From: Candidatus Woesearchaeota archaeon
GTDB taxonomy: Archaea; Nanobdellota; Nanobdellia; Woesearchaeales; UBA9642
Reading direction: 5' to 3'
Assembly (NCBI GenBank): GCA_041658255.1
Contig: JBBAAQ010000005.1
Span: 1,544 to 65,543, forward strand
Length of the DNA stretch: 64,000 bases
The translations under genes were made by a program, and so were the position numbers. How positions within the stretch are numbered: position 1 is the stretch's first letter; every line of letters starts with the position of its first letter. Below are positions 27,040-34,865 of this stretch, one piece after another. A model generated the notes under the pieces. That model was not told the origin of the DNA. It searched no databases and saw nothing but the letters and a program-made list of their open reading frames with translations.

Positions 27040-27420
27040 TATGCAAGCATCTTTACCGCAGCTCGTCGATAAAAACATCGAGCTCGTCGCGAGGGGTTGC
27101 TCCATACGGGAACGCAGAGCTAAGAGGATAATACATCTGTTAGCGAGGACGGATGCTTGCAAAAATTAAGAGGGTTTCGTATTAGCCGAGACAACATAAA
27201 ACTTTTTAAACAACAGAATTCCACTTATCTATGATGGGTGGTCGAAGTGGAATCTGCTGTGCTCAGGAATCACCGGTCGTGGAATTCTGAGCGCAACAAA
27301 ATCAATGATTTTGTGCGCAAGAAAAGCTGTGCTTTTCTTTGCGTCAAGAACCACATAATATTTCATTAACTAAGCAGTCATGCCACCAGTCTGTGACCGG
27401 TGGTTCTTGACATGAGAATG
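27040..27420. other. GC-enriched, multi-hairpin intergenic region; candidate structured ncRNA or regulatory array of unknown family
   Basis: There are five long perfect or near-perfect helices, several mutually exclusive (coordinates in the findings). No ORF of 60 aa or more occurs on either strand. The promoter-like TATATATAGTATATT for the next gene lies downstream of the region. Confidence 0.3.
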
Positions 27421-27488
27421 GGGTGTACTATATATAGTATATTGGACTAGGGGTGGAGAAGAGGTGAAACTATTACTTCTCAAAAAAT

Positions 27489-28427
27489 ATGACTGATCAT
27501 GCGCTACAATCAAAGAAGGATGATGATGTTGCATATGATAAAGATATAAAATCAGGTGCGATCCCTAATCCTCCACGAACACTTCCAGAACTCGCAAAAA
27601 ATCTTTATGATACAAAAAATCTTTATGATACCTCGAATAATTCGTATAATTCTTCAGGAACAGCACCCCTAAATTCTTCTGCGCAAACCATGCAAAAACC
27701 TTTAAGCGCGCCAATGTCGGCCCCGTTACAACCAGTCGATATGTCTTTTATTCGCCAATCGAATACTGCACCGTCGGTCTCGCCCGCAGTATCATCTATG
27801 GCAACACAAGAACAACTGATCGTGCCGCAAGGAGCTATACGATCTTCATCGATGAATGCAGGAAATGCAATGATTTATTCTCAGCAATATCCTTCTCAAA
27901 ATCATCCTCAAAATCCTCTTCAACCCATTATTATTCAGATGCCGTCACCATCTGCGCCACAAATATATATAGTGCCGTATCCCGTGTCCAGTAGTTCAAC
28001 AGGAAATCCGATAGGGGCTAATGAGAGTACACTTCAATTAATCCAGCTTATTGCGCAGATATTAAAATTATCTCTTCCGGGTGATATTTCTATGATCACT
28101 TCCGCTCCTAATTTTTTTTCAAATCCTGTGGCGTCGACAAATCCCGCACCTCTCGTAGATAAAGCCGCAGTGCAAACAATATTTCTTGATGATCTCTCAA
28201 AATTCTTTTATTTGCGCGACGGTGTTGTGTTACGTTCACTTCCTCAACTTGCGTATCATCTTCGTGCAATGTCTGATGAGGAATTTTCATATCACGTTAC
28301 AAACGAAAAAAATGATTTTGCGAATTGGGTAAGAGACGTTTTTGCACTTCCCGAATTTGCAGAAGAAATTTCTCGTATACAAAGTAAGAATAAACTTGCA
28401 GATTTCTTGATGAGAACAATTTTTTAG
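27489..28427 (+). CDS. low-complexity (S/P/Q-rich) protein with a C-terminal NDFANW domain
   Basis: 312 aa. The C-terminus FFYLRDGVVLRSLPQLAYHLRAMSDEEFSYHVTNEKNDFANWVRDVF is homologous to the C-terminus of the 13939..17622 ATPase. Confidence 0.7.
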   Translation: MTDHALQSKKDDDVAYDKDIKSGAIPNPPRTLPELAKNLYDTKNLYDTSNNSYNSSGTAPLNSSAQTMQKPLSAPMSAPLQPVDMSFIRQSNTAPSVSPAVSSMATQEQLIVPQGAIRSSSMNAGNAMIYSQQYPSQNHPQNPLQPIIIQMPSPSAPQIYIVPYPVSSSSTGNPIGANESTLQLIQLIAQILKLSLPGDISMITSAPNFFSNPVASTNPAPLVDKAAVQTIFLDDLSKFFYLRDGVVLRSLPQLAYHLRAMSDEEFSYHVTNEKNDFANWVRDVFALPEFAEEISRIQSKNKLADFLMRTIF

Positions 28428-28888
28428 TAAACACATATTTTTTTCAGTCGCTGTGAATCATTACTTATTTATTTGAATGACGAGTGATTTGAATTAATTC
28501 ATTATTACTTTTAACGCTGTTTTCTTTGTTGTATATAAAGTATAGAATACTTTTATACAGAGAAAATCCTGAGGATTTTCGAGTGTTCAAAAACTGAACG
28601 CTACAAACTTCAGTTTGCAGTTTTTGACACAACTTAAAAATTTTTGATTTGCGATAGCAAATTTTTCTTGTTTTCGAACTATTTTTAAGCCAATTTATGC
28701 TATTTTTCGCGAATTTGCCATTTTTAAGCCTTTAAAACAGTATATTCCCTAAAAGATACTAAAACGAAATATTTATATATAAGTATACATATTAGTATAT
28801 TAATGTAGGTTTGTTTGACAAAACGACCTTTTATTAAAAACAAAAAATGAAGACGACTATTTTTGGAATAAGTAACAAAGGTGAAAAA

Positions 28889-29602
28889 ATGGAGAAAAAA
28901 CTGATATTAATTGGCTTGTTGACATTGCTAAGCATTTCTTTTGTCTTCGCATTACCCTCAGGACCAAATAGTGCAATAACACCAGTAAGTAGCAGCAGAT
29001 ATACAGCAGCTACAGGAAAAACAACATCCGCAATTGCCGGTAATGTGACAGAGATTAATTTCAATGCGACAACAATAACACAAACATGGCAGGGGTATTT
29101 TGGAAGTGTGACCGGTACAATCGTACTTGGTAATAGCAATAATAAAACCCTTTATGATTGGAATCTTGCAAGTCCGCAAGGAGAGATCTATGCAACACGA
29201 TATGCTTCAACTCCTAGTTGGGCAGGAATTCGATGTGCAAATGCCACAGAAATAGGAGCAGAACACACATTTTCTGGCGCTACTGCTACTGCTGTTGATC
29301 GTTTGGCTAATACATTTATTGCTTCAACTGCATTCACTACATTCTATGTCGGAGCAACATCAATCGCTTCAGGTGCATCATGTTATGCAGCGAACATGTA
29401 TAATAATACTGGTGCGCAGACAGCAAAATTCTCAGAAGTCATCTTATCAGATACCACAAATATTATCTATACTGCACTCCTTGAACAGAATGCAATGGGT
29501 TTTGATGGTAGCACATACGATTTCGAGATGATTGTTGCAGAAAATGGTCACCTTACTGACACGAGTACAACAACCTACTACTTTTACTTAGAACTTGAAT
29601 AA
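28889..29602 (+). CDS. secreted hypothetical protein
   Basis: MEKKLILIGLLTLLSISFVFALPSG signal peptide. The mature part is Thr/Ala/Asn-rich. The track start at 28847 adds 14 residues. Confidence 0.7.
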   Translation: MEKKLILIGLLTLLSISFVFALPSGPNSAITPVSSSRYTAATGKTTSAIAGNVTEINFNATTITQTWQGYFGSVTGTIVLGNSNNKTLYDWNLASPQGEIYATRYASTPSWAGIRCANATEIGAEHTFSGATATAVDRLANTFIASTAFTTFYVGATSIASGASCYAANMYNNTGAQTAKFSEVILSDTTNIIYTALLEQNAMGFDGSTYDFEMIVAENGHLTDTSTTTYYFYLELE

Positions 29603-29632
29603 AGATTGAGTAAATGTAAGTGTAAACGGTTA

Positions 29633-29653
29633 TTTTTTTTTATTTTTTTTTTT
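29633..29653 (+). terminator. long oligo-T tracts after 28889..29602
   Basis: T8-A-T11 lies 30 nt after the stop codon. Confidence 0.45.
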
Positions 29654-29740
29654 AATTATAGAATACCCTGCTGTTTACGGCAGGTCGTAGTCTGTAATTC
29701 ACTTTTTCTATGAGAAATAATCAAATGTGTGAACAAATTT

Positions 29741-31585
29741 TTACTCTTTCTTCTCTTCAGTTACAGGTGCGGTTTGCGTTTCTTCTTTGACTGTGTGATG
29801 TTCATTGTGGTGATGATGATTAAATCGTTCTTTTCGAGTTTTGCCGTACAAGGATTCGTTGCATTTAGTGCATTTTTTCTTCCAGCGCAAATTTTTTCTT
29901 CCACAATGTTTACACTTCTTTTTATTAAAGATGAGGAAGAGTAGGAGGATGATGACTATGATAAGGATATAATAGATAAGATCAAGACCTTTTAATTGGA
30001 ATGCATATTCTCCAAAGATTGTCTTAATAAGCGAATTTTCACGTTCACCATAATATCCTTTAACTTTGATGATAGGATTATTCTGAATATCCGCGTCGCT
30101 GAGTTTTGCATCAATGAAGAGTTCTCCTTCTTTACCCGGTTTGAGGAGTATTGTTTTTTCAGATGCGACTGTCTTATATTCACCATTCATATAGAGATCG
30201 ATGAGTTCAATACCGACATAACTGTCGACTGTCCCGATATTTCTAACCGTGATGATGAATCGGCTATTTGATTGATCATAAACAATATTTGTCATATTGA
30301 CGATTGCATCGTCGAGAATATCGACTCCTTCTACAGTCATCGATTTTTCAAGAACATTTTCAAGCGATTTTTTCCCTTCACCAAAGAGTGTATAAGCTGC
30401 GGCAGTAATATTATCTCCTTCAATTGCGAGATCGTATGAGATGGTCTTATATTGATTCTTGTCAATAAATATAGGTTCTTGGTCTCCGATAACAACTTTA
30501 TTGTTGTTTGCATTGAGTGTGATTGTTCCTTTGAGATATGTCCCAATCGCTGCGTTATTACGATATGTAATCCATAATGCGTTTGTTGCCTTATTATACA
30601 TCATGGAATAAATTTCAAGATTGATTGTATAGCTTGGCATCGGAAATTTATCGAGATCTTCAACAGTTGCAATAGTGCCTGTCGGTGTTCGTGCGCCTTG
30701 CGCGAATTTTACGAATACACTGATGCCGAGCTGCCTGCGAATAGCTGTTGCAGAATTGATAAGTTCGTTTCCGACAAGAACTGCAACCTGGAATCCACTT
30801 GATTTAATATATTCTTGAACTTGTGTCGGAACAGTGTTTTTTCCGATAAAGAGCACCGGGTCGTCTCCGGACATAATACTTGATTCGATGAATTCTCCAT
30901 TACTCATTACGGTCTGTTTTGACTCTTTGATCTTTTGGTAACGTTTTACCATTTCGATATTGTTTTCGAATCGATCACCGGTATTAATTGTTTCAGGATT
31001 ATATTTTGCAAGACGCGTCTTAACAACTTCACTTACTTGCCCGAAAATAATGACTTTTTCAGGACTTACATCCCCTAAGAATGTATCAATCTGCCCAATA
31101 TTTCGTTCGTTAGCGAATACGACAAAATACTTGTCAATGACTGCGTATGAGGCAGCCGACAATGCATTATATCCGTATGCGTCGTCTACGATAATAAATT
31201 TTTTGATATTTTTCTCTTTGTTGATACGTTTTGCAAGTTCGAGATTGATTGTATTTGAGATAACCTCTTCAACATTTTTATATCCTTGTGCATCCATGAC
31301 TGCCTTATAATTGACAACATAGGGTTGCGATCGTGACGACATGACAAGTGTACCATTAGAATCTTTAGGTATTGAATAGAGAAGGACAGTCCCATGCCGC
31401 GCGCTTGTCAGGAACAATCCGGGTTTTTTATCGATAAGACTCGCATAGAGCATCACTGAATAGACATCTTTCCAGTCTGCAGAATTTGAGATGACTTTAT
31501 CTACTGCAAAAACAGACGTACTCAGTACGAGTACAGTAATAATGAATCCCACTACAAATAATAGCGCGCGCTGTTGTGTACACAC
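29741..31585 (-). CDS. bitopic surface protein with a cytoplasmic zinc-ribbon and His-rich tail
   Basis: 614 aa with an N-terminal TM/signal segment and a large ectodomain. The N-terminal modules resemble cell-wall-binding-repeat-2-type Rossmann-like units, but only weakly. A C-terminal TM segment is followed by CKHCGRKNLRWKKKCTKCN and HHHHNEHH. Confidence 0.75.
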   Translation of the reverse strand: MCTQQRALLFVVGFIITVLVLSTSVFAVDKVISNSADWKDVYSVMLYASLIDKKPGLFLTSARHGTVLLYSIPKDSNGTLVMSSRSQPYVVNYKAVMDAQGYKNVEEVISNTINLELAKRINKEKNIKKFIIVDDAYGYNALSAASYAVIDKYFVVFANERNIGQIDTFLGDVSPEKVIIFGQVSEVVKTRLAKYNPETINTGDRFENNIEMVKRYQKIKESKQTVMSNGEFIESSIMSGDDPVLFIGKNTVPTQVQEYIKSSGFQVAVLVGNELINSATAIRRQLGISVFVKFAQGARTPTGTIATVEDLDKFPMPSYTINLEIYSMMYNKATNALWITYRNNAAIGTYLKGTITLNANNNKVVIGDQEPIFIDKNQYKTISYDLAIEGDNITAAAYTLFGEGKKSLENVLEKSMTVEGVDILDDAIVNMTNIVYDQSNSRFIITVRNIGTVDSYVGIELIDLYMNGEYKTVASEKTILLKPGKEGELFIDAKLSDADIQNNPIIKVKGYYGERENSLIKTIFGEYAFQLKGLDLIYYILIIVIILLLFLIFNKKKCKHCGRKNLRWKKKCTKCNESLYGKTRKERFNHHHHNEHHTVKEETQTAPVTEEKKE

Positions 31586-31747
31586 GATTTAATCACCCAC
31601 CGATACGTCAATAGGAAATTTCTGTATATATAAATGTTGTGTCGTTTTTGGCTCTGGTAAAAATGTTTTGAACGACACGTGTGAGAATCACTGATAAAAG
31701 TTCTCCATACGCTAAAAAATAATTTGTGATTTAGGTATATATTCTTC

Positions 31748-33199
31748 TTATTTAATCATTTCAACTTTCATCATATTGATTGATCCTTGCGAATTGAAAG
31801 GGATACTGGCGGTGATGACGACGACATCGAATGATTCGACAAGTCCTTTCTCTTTAATAACATTTAATGCGGTGCTAATGAGTTCATCAGTATTTTCCGG
31901 CATGGTAATACGGACAGGCCGGACGCCCCAACTTAAAATTAATTTTCGATATTCTTTTTCACTAGGAGTTACTGCAAAAATGGGTGTGAGCGGCCGATGA
32001 CTTGAAATCTGGCGTGCAGTATTACCGGTGACTGTACAGGTAACGATTGCTGCAGCTTGCAGATCGCGGGCAGTTCTGCATACAGATCTACTCATTGAAT
32101 CGACGATTGTGGGTTGGTGATCTTTTTCAGTGTCTGCCCACGGATAGAGTTTCATGAAATGCAGTGTTCGCTCGGTTCTTCGCGCTATTTTATCCATAAT
32201 ATCAATAGCACGTAATGGATGCTTGCCGCTTGCGGTTTCTCCGGAAAGCATAATCGCATCTGTTCCGTCGAGTATTGCATTTGCAACGTCAGTTGCTTCT
32301 GCGCGTGTCGGACGGGGATTCTTCGTCATGGATTCAAGCATTTGTGTTGCAGTAATGACAGGTTTTCCTGCAATATTACATTTACGAATAATCCGTTTTT
32401 GTACTTCAGGAATATCTTCAATAGGAATCTGTACTCCAAGGTCTCCTCTTGCAACCATAATGCCATCAGATACTTTGATGATTTCATCAAGACATTGGAG
32501 TGCCTGGAATGATTCGATTTTGGCGATGATATGGATGTGTTCTGCATCATGTTTTTTGAGTAGTTCGCGCACTTCTAATACGTCTTCTGGGGTTTTTACA
32601 AATGACTGTGCAATAAAATCAATATTGTTCTTGATGCCAAATTCAATGTCGCTAATATCCTGTTCAGAGACTCCCGGAAGATCGACAATACTTCCAGGGA
32701 CATTCACATTTTTTCTTGTTCCGATATCTCCACCAATATTTACTTTACAGATAATTTCTGTTCCGCGTACTTCTTCAACGCGAAGTTCAACAGTTCCATC
32801 CGCAATATAAATAAATGATCCCTTCTCGACGATTTTCGGAAGATTCTTATAACTTACTTCAATAATTTTTTCTGTCGAGAACTCTAATTTTTCTGTTGTC
32901 AAGACCACTTCTTCGTTATCTTTAAGTGTGATGGGTGATTCAAAAACGCCGATACGAATCTCCGGGCCCTTGGTGTCAAGCATGAGTCCGATGGGAATTT
33001 CGAGTTCTTCATTAATTGCGTGAATGTGGTCAATAAATTTTTGATGATCCTCGTGCGTACTGTGTGAAAAATTGAGTCTTGCGATATCCATACCTTTTTC
33101 GTGCAGTTTTTTAATCATCTCCCGGGTATTAGAACTCGGGCCGAGTGTGCATACAATTTTTGTTTTTCGTGCTGTAAAATGTTTTTCCATGAAAGTCAC
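31748..33199 (-). CDS. pyk: pyruvate kinase
   Basis: KTKIVCTLGPSS, ARLNFSHS, LDTKGPEIR and MVARGDLGVQIP motifs. Confidence 0.95.
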   Translation of the reverse strand: MTFMEKHFTARKTKIVCTLGPSSNTREMIKKLHEKGMDIARLNFSHSTHEDHQKFIDHIHAINEELEIPIGLMLDTKGPEIRIGVFESPITLKDNEEVVLTTEKLEFSTEKIIEVSYKNLPKIVEKGSFIYIADGTVELRVEEVRGTEIICKVNIGGDIGTRKNVNVPGSIVDLPGVSEQDISDIEFGIKNNIDFIAQSFVKTPEDVLEVRELLKKHDAEHIHIIAKIESFQALQCLDEIIKVSDGIMVARGDLGVQIPIEDIPEVQKRIIRKCNIAGKPVITATQMLESMTKNPRPTRAEATDVANAILDGTDAIMLSGETASGKHPLRAIDIMDKIARRTERTLHFMKLYPWADTEKDHQPTIVDSMSRSVCRTARDLQAAAIVTCTVTGNTARQISSHRPLTPIFAVTPSEKEYRKLILSWGVRPVRITMPENTDELISTALNVIKEKGLVESFDVVVITASIPFNSQGSINMMKVEMIK

Positions 33200-33268
33200 C
33201 TTTACGCGCTATTTTCTCTTATTACTTCTATTCTTGGAGTAGATGTTTATATGCTTTATGGATTTGGA

Positions 33269-33423
33269 GGGGTTGTCGGAAAATAGTTTTAGCATCTTAA
33301 GGTGAGTGTTCTCTGAAGACTATCAAGAAAATAGTGTAGAATTGCAAATGACACCATTTTCCTTTAATATCACATCTCGACACGAGCGATGCTAAAAACG
33401 TAAGTTTATTTTCCGACAACCCC
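33269..33423. repeat. 155-bp element bounded by long inverted repeats (17-bp perfect plus ~10-bp second block)
   Basis: GGGGTTGTCGGAAAATA (33269-33285) pairs with TATTTTCCGACAACCCC (33407-33423). GTTTTAGCATC (33286-33296) pairs with GATGCTAAAAAC (33388-33399). Confidence 0.85.
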
Positions 33424-33486
33424 AGTTGCGGTTAACACTGGTTGTGGATATATTGCGCCCCTATTTTCGTTAAATATTTAAGTGAT

Positions 33487-34191
33487 ATGTCTTTAATAAT
33501 GAATATGTGGATATTAAGAGCAAAGGCATATACACCCGATAGCAAACTCACTCAGGCTGTGAAAAGGAATAACGTCAGATTGCATTATTATCCTATAAAT
33601 AATTATTCCGAAAAAGGACGACAGCATTTTATTATGACTGCGGTAATTCAAGGAAAACAAAACAGCATTGAAAGATTTTTCAGAGATATCAAAAAGTTGA
33701 AGAATGTAAAGACTGGAAGAAAACTCGATTTTCTTGAGCGTGAAGGAACTTTCTTTACAATGATAACTTCACATTCTTTAGATGTAGAGGATAAGATAGA
33801 TATAAAACTTGCATACAATCCTTCGTTGATACATTATAAACCTGTAATTTGGTGGGAAGATGGATGGGAAGAGGTCAGCATCGCATCGCCTGAAAGAAAG
33901 GTTCTGGAAAAAATGATTTTGGCATGCAGAGAAGTATGTGCGCTTAAAATTTTGGAATTCAAACAGAAAAAACTTTCAAATTTCGGTTTTCTTTCTATTC
34001 TCCCAGAAATCACAAGTAAACAAAAGAAGGCAATTGAACTTGCTATGGAACAGGGATATTATGAGCATCCAAGAAGAATTGGACTTCAAAAACTTGCAGA
34101 AATGTCAAAACTTGCATTATCCACCTATCAAGTCCATCTTAGAAAAGCAGAAATAAAACTGTTGCCATATATCATTTCTAAGTATAAATAA
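33487..34191 (+). CDS. HTH_10 (Bat/bacterio-opsin-activator-type) transcriptional regulator
   Basis: The C-terminus LTSKQKKAIELAMEQGYYEHPRRIGLQKLAEMSKLALSTYQVHLRKAEIKLL is the HTH_10 signature. The ATG at 33487 is preferred over the TTG at 33442. Confidence 0.75.
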   Translation: MSLIMNMWILRAKAYTPDSKLTQAVKRNNVRLHYYPINNYSEKGRQHFIMTAVIQGKQNSIERFFRDIKKLKNVKTGRKLDFLEREGTFFTMITSHSLDVEDKIDIKLAYNPSLIHYKPVIWWEDGWEEVSIASPERKVLEKMILACREVCALKILEFKQKKLSNFGFLSILPEITSKQKKAIELAMEQGYYEHPRRIGLQKLAEMSKLALSTYQVHLRKAEIKLLPYIISKYK

Positions 34192-34205
34192 TTGTCGATT
34201 CTCAT

Positions 34206-34299
34206 TCTATACTCACAGACAATAATATCCATACAAAATGTTGTCTTTTCGTAATAAGCAAATGACATATTCGTATAAAAAATTGTGTCATTTGCTATA
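34206..34299. repeat. intergenic repeat element, copy 1 (module I plus module II)
   Basis: Module I (34206-34256) matches 37115-37165 at 48 of 51 positions. Module II (34257-34299) is identical to 37220-37262 and contains the IR AGCAAATGACA-N18-TGTCATTTGCT. Confidence 0.9.
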
Positions 34300-34404
34300 T
34301 ATTCTTCAAAAATACGCTAAAAGACGAAATATTTCGCTATAAAACATATATACCGGGACAGTATTACTTTTTAGTAAAGACTGATTAGAGAGGAGAAAAT
34401 TAAA

Positions 34405-34770
34405 ATGAATAAAAACATATCTCTTGAAGAGGCAATTAAACTGATTGATCGAGTTAAAACATGGGATTATCATTCGGAAATCGATCCTGTGGGCCATGCA
34501 TATATTGGAATAGTGGGACCTATAGGAAAAGATGAGGATCTTCTATCAGTATCTATAGGAACAAGTCTACTCTTGTCTAGGCCATATATCTGTATACGGA
34601 GTAATCTAGAAATTTATACCATTAAATTGTTTTTTCAAAGAACGCGATTTGGGAGACCAAAGATAATATCTCAAAAATACAAAGAAGTAGATGCGAAATA
34701 TAAACAAATAAGAGAAGCTGAAGAGTCTGCGAAGGTAAAACGCGCATTTGATAATTATGAAGGGGTTTAA
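34405..34770 (+). CDS. hypothetical protein
   Basis: 121-aa ORF with GAGAGGAG SD upstream. No family recognised. Confidence 0.5.
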   Translation: MNKNISLEEAIKLIDRVKTWDYHSEIDPVGHAYIGIVGPIGKDEDLLSVSIGTSLLLSRPYICIRSNLEIYTIKLFFQRTRFGRPKIISQKYKEVDAKYKQIREAEESAKVKRAFDNYEGV

Positions 34771-34865
34771 CAAATATATTTCTGATATGTTGCAAATGCA
34801 ATTTTTACCAAAGCTGTTCATCGCATTCCAATACATTTAAATAACCGTAATATCAAGACAGGCTA

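Noticed and set aside
27214-27289. GTGGAAT-containing repeats (one inverted, two direct) as origin recognition boxes of a replication origin.
   Set aside because: The half-site resembles part of archaeal ORB elements. But the repeats are only 20-35 bp apart, there is no flanking AT-rich unwinding element of the usual size, and no orc1/cdc6 gene is in the window.
27231-27290. Box C/D sRNA (AUGAUGG at 27231-27237 as box C, CUGA at 27287-27290 as box D).
   Set aside because: No convincing internal D' and C' boxes were found. The C-to-D spacing (~49 nt) is longer than the usual archaeal layout, and no terminal stem is present.
27040-27420. The structured region could be RNase P RNA or SRP (7S) RNA.
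   Set aside because: I looked on both strands for the universal RNase P P4/CR-I sequence (GGAAAGUCC-like) and for the SRP helix-8 pattern (AGG..GGAA..AGCA). Neither was found. ACAGAAUUCCACUUA superficially resembles CR-V (ACAGAA...GGCUUA), but its only complementary partner lies downstream as a simple hairpin. The region is left as an unknown family pending a covariance-model scan.
29729-29944. 71-aa plus-strand ORF.
   Set aside because: It is antisense to the zinc-ribbon/His-rich tail of the 614-aa protein, and its Phe-rich composition mirrors the Lys/Glu-rich sense strand.
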